From NCBI GenBank assembly GCA_944393195.1, contig CALXZG010000003.1, positions 35,223 through 99,222 of the forward strand: a stretch of 64,000 nucleotides of DNA, given 5' to 3'. The DNA is from an uncultured Alphaproteobacteria bacterium. GTDB taxonomy: Bacteria; Pseudomonadota; Alphaproteobacteria; CAAHEQ01; UBA3637. The translations under genes were made by a program, and so were the position numbers. Shown here in pieces: positions 47,959-56,230 of this stretch (position 1 is the stretch's first letter; each line of letters starts with the position of its first letter). Under the pieces are notes generated by a model. That model was given only the letters and a program-made list of their open reading frames with translations, was not told the DNA's origin and made no database searches.

Positions 47959-49695
47959 ATGAAAATGGTATCAAAAGCAATAGCGTTGATGTGTTTGGCG
48001 GTTGTCGCGCCGGCTTCGGCCAAGGTGACAATCGGGCCGATCAGTTTGGGAATTGAGGTTGCTAATACGGCAGAAACGCTTGGGCAGATTGAACAATTCA
48101 ATACGGTTATGTCGTACAAGAATTCGGTTTGTGAAGTTTTGGGGGCCGGATTATGTGATGCCGTGGTCAATCAAATTGCGGCGTGTACAAAGGCCGCGGT
48201 TAGTAATATGGGTAATATTGATGCCTTGCGGGAAGGAGCGGCGCAAGAGGCTTTTGTCCAAGCGGCACAGGGATGTGCGGGCGATTTATGGATTACGGAT
48301 TGTTTAAACGCGACGACGGGGTCTTTGACCGATTTAAAACGGAAGACGGATACGTTGTCGACACAGCCGGAAAATTTACAGCGTATTGCCGAACGGCAGA
48401 TTGTGGATCCCCTCAGTGGTGAAACAATCAGTGCTAAAATCACATCGGTTCAACGGGCGGAAAGCAGTTTAGAGTCGGGATATGATTTATTAACCGGTAA
48501 TGGTGCGCAAACGGCATTAGGGGCGAGTGCGTTATCTGCTTTGCGTAATGCGACCGCCGAGACAAGTAATATGAAAATGTTGCAGGCTTGTTCACAGGAT
48601 GCGTTGAATGCGACGGAGTGGGTGCCGGCGATCAGTGTGCCGAGTCCGATGGATTTGGCGCCGTCCGTACCGTCTTCGGTTCAGGAGATTTTGACGGCGA
48701 CGAAAGAGGGGGCCGAGGATTTGTTATCGAAGGCCAGTGCCGCCAAGGATAAAGCCGTGGATTACACCAAAGCGACACGGACGTATCAGGCGATGCGCAG
48801 CGGATATGAGGCGGCGAATGACGGTATGTCCTTATATTTAGAAGGGGCAAATGCGGCGAATCAGCTGGACCGTAATTTAACGGGGTTGAGTGGATTACGA
48901 CCCGAGGTCAGTCGGAGTTTCGTGTCAAGTGGTAAACAGGGTGTGTTGCAGACGGCCGATTCGATTGATGCTTTGACAGATGTAGCGGGTAAGGCGTATG
49001 AGCGGTTTGGCGGTTCGACGTATATTGATCCGTTATTGGATAAGGCCGGAGATGCCACTCAGTCGTATGTGGATGGGGCAAAGGATATGGCCTCCGGAGC
49101 TTGGGATTCTATCAGTGGCAGCGGTGTCGGGCAGAGTGTCGGCGGCGCTTTAGGGGCTGTGTCCGATGGCGCAAAAAGTGTGTGGGGCGGTATCGGTACC
49201 GGCGTCGATGCGACAAATGCGGGGATTGATGCCGTCGGCGGTGCCGTTACGGATGCCGGTGGGGCGGTCAGTGATACCGTCAATGATGCGACGGCGGCGA
49301 CGGCCCAGTTTATGGATGACAAAATGACGGCCTTACAGAACAAAATTACCGGATTGATGAAGGCGGGTGCTGATACATCGATTGAGATGGTTCGTAAAAA
49401 TCAGAATGACATGCAGATTAATTCCAATTCGAACGGTATCGGTGGCGGGCAAAGGGCTTCGGCTTTGGTTACCCAAAACGGGGCCAAAGAGTTTGAGCAA
49501 TTGTCGGATGGTGCCAGTTCAGCCGAAGATATTATGAATTTGTTGAAGCAAATTGCATTGGTTCGGGTACAGGCGTTACAGAAAAATACGGCCATTACGT
49601 CGTTAAAGTCTCAGATTGCCGAACAGGATGCAATTGACAGTGTGATTGTCAATGGTGTGATTGATCAATTCGGGACGGATGAAACGGAGGGGTAA
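47959..49695 (+). CDS. T4SS-linked secreted protein C (unknown family)
   Basis: Start placed at MKMVSKAIALMCLAVVAPASA behind a GAGGAGG Shine-Dalgarno. About 578 aa with a Cys-containing N-domain, a long Gly/Ala/Ser/Asp low-complexity middle and a coiled C-terminus. Confidence 0.75.
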   Translation: MKMVSKAIALMCLAVVAPASAKVTIGPISLGIEVANTAETLGQIEQFNTVMSYKNSVCEVLGAGLCDAVVNQIAACTKAAVSNMGNIDALREGAAQEAFVQAAQGCAGDLWITDCLNATTGSLTDLKRKTDTLSTQPENLQRIAERQIVDPLSGETISAKITSVQRAESSLESGYDLLTGNGAQTALGASALSALRNATAETSNMKMLQACSQDALNATEWVPAISVPSPMDLAPSVPSSVQEILTATKEGAEDLLSKASAAKDKAVDYTKATRTYQAMRSGYEAANDGMSLYLEGANAANQLDRNLTGLSGLRPEVSRSFVSSGKQGVLQTADSIDALTDVAGKAYERFGGSTYIDPLLDKAGDATQSYVDGAKDMASGAWDSISGSGVGQSVGGALGAVSDGAKSVWGGIGTGVDATNAGIDAVGGAVTDAGGAVSDTVNDATAATAQFMDDKMTALQNKITGLMKAGADTSIEMVRKNQNDMQINSNSNGIGGGQRASALVTQNGAKEFEQLSDGASSAEDIMNLLKQIALVRVQALQKNTAITSLKSQIAEQDAIDSVIVNGVIDQFGTDETEG

Positions 49696-49696
49696 G

Positions 49697-50371
49697 ATGA
49701 TGAAATCGATGATTGAAAAGATTTGTGTCGGGCTTATTCTGACGGGGATGGCGGTACCGGTGTCAGCTACTTTTGTGGTGGGCGATATCATGCGTGGTTT
49801 GGAAAAGACTTTGGAAGGCGTGGATCGGACGGTTCAATCGGTTAGCGAGCAGATGAAGAATCAGAATTTGGAAGAGCAGATTCAGACGTGGAGCGGGACG
49901 GTTGAGGTAACGACCAAGCCGTCATGGCAAATGTATGATTATTTATTAAAGACACCGTTTAATACGTTGCCGTCCAGTAAAATCGGCTTGGCACAAGAGG
50001 ATATGGCCGCGGCGCGGGAGTTTGTCAGATCAACGTTCTTTTTGCCGGCGGGGTCGGATCCGACGGATGCGGAGAAGGAAGCTATTTTAGCGTTGCGGCG
50101 GGAATATGTGTCGACGTTGGCTCAGGAGCAGACGACTTTGGCGACGGGTATTCGGGAGAATGTGGCGCAGGATTTAAAAAATACGCAGGAGGCCGAAGGG
50201 TCCGGTGGCGGTATTTTACAGGAAATTCAATTGGATACGCAGACAATGCGGTCGTTAACGATGTTGTCGGCGGCGAATGTGATTATGGGTATTAAAATGA
50301 TGGAGTTGGAGGCGGCTCAGATGTTATTGGACAAAGATGTCGTTTTAGAGACCGCTCCGACCGGTAAGTAG
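49697..50371 (+). CDS. T4SS-linked secreted protein D (possibly VirB5/TrbJ-like)
   Basis: Start placed at MMKSMIEKICVGLILTGMAVPVSA, 1 nt after the previous stop. Mature N-terminus TFVVGDIMRGLEKTLEG. About 224 aa, helical. Confidence 0.7.
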   Translation: MMKSMIEKICVGLILTGMAVPVSATFVVGDIMRGLEKTLEGVDRTVQSVSEQMKNQNLEEQIQTWSGTVEVTTKPSWQMYDYLLKTPFNTLPSSKIGLAQEDMAAAREFVRSTFFLPAGSDPTDAEKEAILALRREYVSTLAQEQTTLATGIRENVAQDLKNTQEAEGSGGGILQEIQLDTQTMRSLTMLSAANVIMGIKMMELEAAQMLLDKDVVLETAPTGK

Positions 50372-50381
50372 GGAGGCAGAC

Positions 50382-51101
50382 ATGAAGACGATACGGACAA
50401 TAATAAATGGTTTGGTTGCGGTCGGAATGGTGTGTTTCATGTCTATGCCGGCTAAGGCCTTTTTGTTAATCGACTTTTTATTGGCGCCGGAACCGACGCC
50501 GGTAAGCGATCCGGTCAGTATTGCGCCACAGACGGTTGTGCAAGGTATTCAAAACGTCTTGTCGACGTATACGGCGGTTGAGCAGGAATTGCAGGGACAG
50601 TTACGAAACCTGCATTTTGAGCCGGAATTTATGGGAATTAAGTTAACGATTGAAGCCAATAATCAGATGGCGCCGATTGCCAAAGGATTATTGACGGCGG
50701 ATCCGTTGACGGAAAAGTATGCCGGGATGAGTGCGAAAGATTTGGCGGCGGATGCTCAGACTATTTTGACAACAGTATCGGGAACGATTGATTCTGTGAG
50801 CAATTATATGCAGACGCGCCGATATGAGGAGCAGGCTTCGGCAATTGAAATGTTGGCGGCGGTTTTGGTTTTTAAAAGCGGAACCGAGCAAGTTCAGGAC
50901 ATGTTGCGTAAATTTGATATGGGAAAATATGAAACGGCGGAAAATTACAAGGCGGCTTTGGAAGGAAATTTGGCGGTCAGCACGGTATACAATCAGATGT
51001 TGAGTTTGGAACAGCAAGTGACGGCGATGCGCTTAAATACGTTGAGTTCCCAGCGTATGATTACGGCTTCACCGATTTCCAAGGGATTATCCGGTCAGTA
51101 A
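50382..51101 (+). CDS. T4SS-linked secreted protein E (possibly VirB5/TrbJ-like)
   Basis: 239 aa with signal peptide ...SMPAKA. Helical and Gln/Leu-rich. GGGAGG Shine-Dalgarno. Confidence 0.7.
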   Translation: MKTIRTIINGLVAVGMVCFMSMPAKAFLLIDFLLAPEPTPVSDPVSIAPQTVVQGIQNVLSTYTAVEQELQGQLRNLHFEPEFMGIKLTIEANNQMAPIAKGLLTADPLTEKYAGMSAKDLAADAQTILTTVSGTIDSVSNYMQTRRYEEQASAIEMLAAVLVFKSGTEQVQDMLRKFDMGKYETAENYKAALEGNLAVSTVYNQMLSLEQQVTAMRLNTLSSQRMITASPISKGLSGQ

Positions 51102-51116
51102 AGGGGAGAAGAAAAG

Positions 51117-52721
51117 ATGCGTTCTGTTTATTTAGCGGCGATGATGTTAGTGGCAACGGGCATGGTAATGCCGGCTGCCGCTTTGGAATTTACGGTGGCT
51201 AAGCCGACGGTTGTTGCCAAGCCGATGACGTCGGTCGGTGTTGATGATACGGCTTTACAGAAAGCGTTGGCGGTTCACAATGCCATGAATGAGATGCGGA
51301 CGCTGTTGCAAAAGCAGAAAAATCAGGAGGTCATGCAGAAAAATTTAGAGCTGCAACAAAAAAAGATGAAGGCTATGCAGCAATGTAATATTAAGCGGTT
51401 GGCCAAGGATTTTAAAAATCCCGAAGATGTTTGGAAGAAAATGACGGATGAATATGATACGCGGGAACGGGATTTGGCGATTTACATTAATTCGGCCGAT
51501 GATATGACGGACGAACAGCGGGCGACATTGAAAGAGAATTTGGAAAACGGTTATTTTTCGGATGAGTCTTTGGCAGAGGTAATGGCGTATTGGGATATCG
51601 GCAACGATATTTTAACGGATGTATATGCGAATCAGGATAAATGGGGGGAGCGTCTGTCGCCGGATGCGGCGTCTTTACCGTTGTGGGAAGATCAGAAGTA
51701 TATCTTTGACAAAGAGTGGAATCAAAAGTATGAGGCAATCAACCTGTATTTCGGGGTACCGCCGAACGGACGGCCGCTTATCGGAGAAGAGCGATATGAC
51801 TATAAAAATACCGATCAATTACAAGCGGCGCATGATGCTTATTTAGCGGCTTTAACAGCCAAAAATCCGGTTAAAGCAGCGTTGATGCCGCCGGAAATGC
51901 GGGAAGCGATGGTGGCACCGAAGCCTTTGCCGCCCAAAGAAGAAAGTGTCATGTATATTGAAACGGATGATCCGGAAAAGCGGGTTTATCCGGCTTTACC
52001 GGAGCCATGGCGTCAGTATCAGGCCGATCATTTCCGGGACATTAATCCGAATGGGGAGATGGCATCGGATTTTAGTCGGGGGTTGGAGTTAAAGGATTCG
52101 GCTAAAAACCGGACATCGGCGGAGCAAAACAATCGATTGACGGTTTATCAGGCTTTGAAAAAAGAGTTGGACGGTGCGGAAAAAATGGATTTAGCCATGA
52201 AGCAGAGTGTGGATCAGACTGCCGCCTCCGTTCAACAAAAATTGATGAATAATTTGGATTTGTCGGGCGAGGTTGATTTGACGGATTCCAAGGCGGTTGA
52301 GGATGTTATGAATCGGTTACGGGCCGAAAAAGACAGGATGATTGCTTTGGCGGAAGCACAGTTGGCCGAGGAAGCCAAGTGGGAGGCTTTGGCATGGGAT
52401 CAATTGGCGGATAAACAACGGTTGGAATCTTCGTCGGCAATGGTTGAGCTGTCCAAGACAAATCCCGCGTATTATGAAAAGGTTAAGGATGTATTGGGGA
52501 CTTCTGTCGTGCAACGGAATCGTGAATTGTTGACGGCTTTAAAAAAGGATACGGAGGCTGTGGTTGCGATTACGCCGACAAACGCAAAGGATATTGATCG
52601 GAAAATCCGGGAAGCGCGGGCCGAAGAAGCGTTGTTACAGAAGCGGGACGAATGGGAGAAGGAGTTAGCGGCCGAGGAAGAACGTCCTATTGATGATTTA
52701 TGTATTAACGGGGGCGTATAA
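51117..52721 (+). CDS. T4SS-linked secreted coiled-coil protein F (unknown family)
   Basis: 534 aa with signal peptide ...MPAAA. Lys/Glu/Gln-rich coiled coils flank a Trp/Tyr/Pro-rich middle. Its 3' end overlaps the virB8-like ORF. Confidence 0.75.
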   Translation: MRSVYLAAMMLVATGMVMPAAALEFTVAKPTVVAKPMTSVGVDDTALQKALAVHNAMNEMRTLLQKQKNQEVMQKNLELQQKKMKAMQQCNIKRLAKDFKNPEDVWKKMTDEYDTRERDLAIYINSADDMTDEQRATLKENLENGYFSDESLAEVMAYWDIGNDILTDVYANQDKWGERLSPDAASLPLWEDQKYIFDKEWNQKYEAINLYFGVPPNGRPLIGEERYDYKNTDQLQAAHDAYLAALTAKNPVKAALMPPEMREAMVAPKPLPPKEESVMYIETDDPEKRVYPALPEPWRQYQADHFRDINPNGEMASDFSRGLELKDSAKNRTSAEQNNRLTVYQALKKELDGAEKMDLAMKQSVDQTAASVQQKLMNNLDLSGEVDLTDSKAVEDVMNRLRAEKDRMIALAEAQLAEEAKWEALAWDQLADKQRLESSSAMVELSKTNPAYYEKVKDVLGTSVVQRNRELLTALKKDTEAVVAITPTNAKDIDRKIREARAEEALLQKRDEWEKELAAEEERPIDDLCINGGV

Positions 52722-53343
52722 GGTGCGGCAATTTTCTTTACGTGAATTATCGTTGCGCGGGTGGTTGATTATCACGTCGGTGGTGATGGCGGTCAATATC
52801 TTTTTGGCATTGACATTGGTTCATTTTGCCCCCCAAATTCAGGTGGTGGCGCAGTTGTTTTCGCCGAATATTATGAATTTCGGGCAATTAACGGAAGCGA
52901 CGAGTTTTGACGGGCAGGTCAGTGACAAGCGGTTAATTGATGAGATGTTGGTTCGGTACTATGTTCGAATGCGAAATGATTTTATTCGAGATCAATATGA
53001 ATTATCGAACAGATGGGGGCCGTCGGGGCCGGTTGCACGGCTATCTTCGTTGAATGTGTATCAGGATTTTTGGGCGCAAAAAGGGGAGATGGAGGAATTA
53101 GCCAAAAAATATCCGGGAACGGCCGCGACATATATTACGTCGGTATCGCGTCTGGATAATATTTTTACCGTTGATTTTGATGTATATGAGTGGGTGAACG
53201 GCGGCGTGGCGCGTGTCAGTGGTCGCAGGGCCGTTATCCGGGTTTCGGACATACCGACGCGCCGTTCTTTTGCGACAGATATGGTTAATCCTTATGGGTT
53301 GACCGTCCTGCAATATACCGAAACAGAAAAAAAACGCGGATAA
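52690..53343 (+). CDS. VirB8-like protein, divergent paralog I
   Basis: Bitopic, with TM helix WLIITSVVMAVNIFLALTLVHF. Periplasmic part has LIDEMLVRYYVRMRNDF and a C-terminal NPYGLTVLQYTE (VirB8 NPLGF-type motif). The start could instead be the GTG at 52723, right after the upstream stop. Confidence 0.7.
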   Translation: MMIYVLTGAYKVRQFSLRELSLRGWLIITSVVMAVNIFLALTLVHFAPQIQVVAQLFSPNIMNFGQLTEATSFDGQVSDKRLIDEMLVRYYVRMRNDFIRDQYELSNRWGPSGPVARLSSLNVYQDFWAQKGEMEELAKKYPGTAATYITSVSRLDNIFTVDFDVYEWVNGGVARVSGRRAVIRVSDIPTRRSFATDMVNPYGLTVLQYTETEKKRG

Positions 53344-53427
53344 GGTTTATTTTTTTGTTGGCTATTTTATTTTTATGTGCTAAGTTGAAGTCAGTTCTGT
53401 ATTTTTAATGAGAGGAAGAGGAACAAA

Positions 53428-53604
53428 ATGACAAAATATTTGGCCATTATTTTGGGTGTTAGTGCTTTGATTTTAGCGGCTTGCGGGTCGGTTTATGAAA
53501 AAGAAACCGTCGGTATCGGGCCGGATTATTCCGAACTGAAAAAATCGCCGTGTGCTTGTTTGCAATTGGAAAAAGCGCCGGCTTTGCCTGTTTGGTTTTC
53601 GTAA
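53428..53604 (+). CDS. Small lipoprotein, VirB7-position candidate (58 aa)
   Basis: MTKYLAIILGVSALILAACGS... has a lipobox LAAC. GAGGAAGAGGAA lies upstream. It sits between the two virB8 genes, as virB7 does in rvh loci (order recalled from memory). Below the track length cutoff. Confidence 0.6.
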   Translation: MTKYLAIILGVSALILAACGSVYEKETVGIGPDYSELKKSPCACLQLEKAPALPVWFS

Positions 53605-53625
53605 TTTGAATCGGGAGAACGGCGC

Positions 53626-54357
53626 ATGGACGTCCGTCAGCAAGACCAGCGTGCGGGGATTTCTGCTTCCGGGGTAGGTCCGGAGGAGGTATCGCCGGAA
53701 GCACAACGTGAACGCAGTTATTTGTGGATGTCACGTGTTTTCGGGCTTGTCAGTATGGCAGCGTTGATTGCCAATTTAATCTTAATTGTGGCTGTATTTT
53801 CTTTGCTACCGATTGTTCGGGTGCAACCGTTTTATGTTTCCACGCAGGATAAAGATCAGCAGATTATTACGATACAGCGACCGGCACCGGAAGTTTTATC
53901 GTCTAAGGAGTTGCAGGAATCTTTTGTTCGGCAGTATTTGGTTGCGCGGTTGGGTATCGGGTCGGATGTCAATGAATTGGAACGCCGATGGGGCAATGAC
54001 GGTTTGGTGCAATGGATGAGCGGCGAGGCGGTGTTCAATGAGTTTTTACGAACGGCACCGGCGTTGGTGGCTCAGGCACAGCAGGAAGGCTTGACGCGGA
54101 ATGTTCGCATTTTAAATGCGTCGACGTATCCGGTGCAGGGCGGCGGTATTGTGTGGCAGGCCGAGGTTGAGTTGGTGGATATGAAGTTGGACATGAAAGA
54201 GCTGGTTAAAACAAAATGGGCTGTTTTGCTTGAAATCAGGTTCGGACAATTGCGAGAAGGATTGCGTTGGGATCAGCGTTTGAAGAATCCGCTCGGGTTT
54301 TCCGTAGTGCGGTTTAGTATGCGGGCTTTGGACGGGGAAGGAGCGGATGGTGCATAA
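53626..54357 (+). CDS. virB8: VirB8, paralog II
   Basis: 243 aa with a cytoplasmic N-terminus and TM helix VFGLVSMAALIANLILIVAVFSLL. Motifs FVRQYLVAR and C-terminal KNPLGFSVVRF. Confidence 0.85.
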   Translation: MDVRQQDQRAGISASGVGPEEVSPEAQRERSYLWMSRVFGLVSMAALIANLILIVAVFSLLPIVRVQPFYVSTQDKDQQIITIQRPAPEVLSSKELQESFVRQYLVARLGIGSDVNELERRWGNDGLVQWMSGEAVFNEFLRTAPALVAQAQQEGLTRNVRILNASTYPVQGGGIVWQAEVELVDMKLDMKELVKTKWAVLLEIRFGQLREGLRWDQRLKNPLGFSVVRFSMRALDGEGADGA

Positions 54358-54451
54358 AAATGATAAAATTATCATTTTTTTGTAGACTTTACGACTGTTT
54401 TTGTTTAGGATAGCAACAGAGGTATTTTAATATAAAGAGGAGAAATCTGGA

Positions 54452-56194
54452 ATGGGAATGAAAAAAACGCAAAAAATGCACTGGTTGGGTGCCATCAGTT
54501 TGGCGGTTTTGACGGCGGTTTCTGCGCAGGCGCAGCAAATGTTGCCGACGGATACGGAAGCGGCTCAGTTGGAGGATGCCATTGCCCAAACGACGGGTGA
54601 GTTTGATCAGGTTAATTTAGGGTATATTCACTCGCTCGGCATGCAGCAAAAAGCGTGGAATGACCCGTTGTCTCATATGGGAGAAGGACAATTAAAGCCG
54701 GGGTATTCGCGGTATAATTGGTCCCCGGATGTTATTTTGCCGATCCGCCTGCGGGAAGGGATGATGACGCTTATCAACCTGCCGGCTTGGGAATTGATTG
54801 AAAAAGTGCATATCGGATCTCCGGAATCTTTCGGTGGTGAAGTGGCGGCGCCGAATTCTCTCCTCTTGTATCCCGATCCGGCTTATATCGGTGTTGACTG
54901 TAACATGATTGTATTCGGGCGTTCCGGTAACCGGTATGTTTTCTATCTGCGGAGTGAAACGTATAATACGGACAAAATCACGCAATCCGTTGTGGATGTG
55001 TTGGTCGGGCCGCGGTATACACCGGCTTCGGCAGGGGGGAACCTCGGAAATTTTAATGGTGCCACGGCGACGGCGGCGGCGACTTCCGGCTATGGATCTT
55101 CTGCGCCGGGTTGGTCGGCTCGTGGCAATTTGACGCCGGGCGGATCACAAAATCCGCAAATCGGGTTGAATACGGCTTCGACGGGGCCAAAAAATTGGCT
55201 GGGGAGTATTCCGGTTGATCCGGAACAGTTCCGGTTTGATATTGAGATGTATTTGCCGAACCCGGAGGATGTAGATATCGCGCCGGATAATGTATGGCGG
55301 GACAATATTTTTACCTATATTGATTTAGGGCCGAAAGCTTTGACGATGACGCAACGGCCGGTTGTTAATTTAATTGTGCAAGATTCCGAAGTACCGGTCG
55401 GTTTCCGGACGCGGGGACCGAACAGCCGTTTAATTGTTGTTGAGGCGGTTGGTGATTTGGTGTTGCGCAACGGTAAAAAGATTATTTGTTTGAAGTTGCG
55501 TCGGGATCCGGCTTCGGGCTTGGAATTTGTGGATTACAGCGGTTCGAACGAACAGACGGGTAATTGGAATGCGCCGGCGGTACCGGATAATTATCCGCAG
55601 GGCGGAGCGACCGGTGCGACAGATCCGGCACCGGCCCCGGTTGATACGGATGCTATGTTAATGCGTAAGCAGCCGGTTATGACGATGGACGGCGAAGTGA
55701 TTACGACGGAAGCGGTTGTTGACGGTTGCACGGAAGAATGTCCGGATACGGATGCGTATGAGGTCATGATGCAACAGGAAAAAGTCGAAGTGATGGCACC
55801 GTTACCGACAATTCCGACGGCTGTGCGGTATTCTCCGACAGCCAATGCGGGAATTACGGGTGTGATTAACCAGATCATGACGCAACCGGCCGCGGCGCCT
55901 AAGGCTCCTGTCAACAGGGCGGCGACGGCGGTATCGGAAACGATTTCCGTTGAGTTGGGATCCAATGCAAATATTGCCGATTTGGAAAAAACGTGGAATG
56001 AAATCGTGGCACAAAACGGTGATATTTTAAAGGGGTATGAGCCGTATTATTCTGTTGATACAACGGCGGACGGTGATGTGCGGGAGTTGTTCCGGTTGCG
56101 CGTCGGGCCGATGGCCGATGTAAAGACAGGTGATGCTTTGTGCCGGAAATTAGGACGGCGGGGCGTATCTTGTTCCGTTATTCGGGTACAGTAA
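54452..56194 (+). CDS. virB9: VirB9/TrbG-family protein with a Gly/Ala-rich linker and a C-terminal SPOR-like domain
   Basis: 580 aa with signal peptide ...AVSAQA. The N-domain has PIRLREGMMTLINLPAWELIEKVHIGS...NMIVFGRSGNRYVFYL. The C-domain has FTYIDLG...RLIVVEAVGDLVLRNGKKIICL. The last 84 aa or so are ISVELGS...FRLRVGPMADVKTGDALCRKLGRRGVSCSVIRVQ. Confidence 0.85.
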   Translation: MGMKKTQKMHWLGAISLAVLTAVSAQAQQMLPTDTEAAQLEDAIAQTTGEFDQVNLGYIHSLGMQQKAWNDPLSHMGEGQLKPGYSRYNWSPDVILPIRLREGMMTLINLPAWELIEKVHIGSPESFGGEVAAPNSLLLYPDPAYIGVDCNMIVFGRSGNRYVFYLRSETYNTDKITQSVVDVLVGPRYTPASAGGNLGNFNGATATAAATSGYGSSAPGWSARGNLTPGGSQNPQIGLNTASTGPKNWLGSIPVDPEQFRFDIEMYLPNPEDVDIAPDNVWRDNIFTYIDLGPKALTMTQRPVVNLIVQDSEVPVGFRTRGPNSRLIVVEAVGDLVLRNGKKIICLKLRRDPASGLEFVDYSGSNEQTGNWNAPAVPDNYPQGGATGATDPAPAPVDTDAMLMRKQPVMTMDGEVITTEAVVDGCTEECPDTDAYEVMMQQEKVEVMAPLPTIPTAVRYSPTANAGITGVINQIMTQPAAAPKAPVNRAATAVSETISVELGSNANIADLEKTWNEIVAQNGDILKGYEPYYSVDTTADGDVRELFRLRVGPMADVKTGDALCRKLGRRGVSCSVIRVQ

Positions 56195-56230
56195 AGAGGA
56201 TTAGTCATTATTTTAAGATAGGGGCATGCT

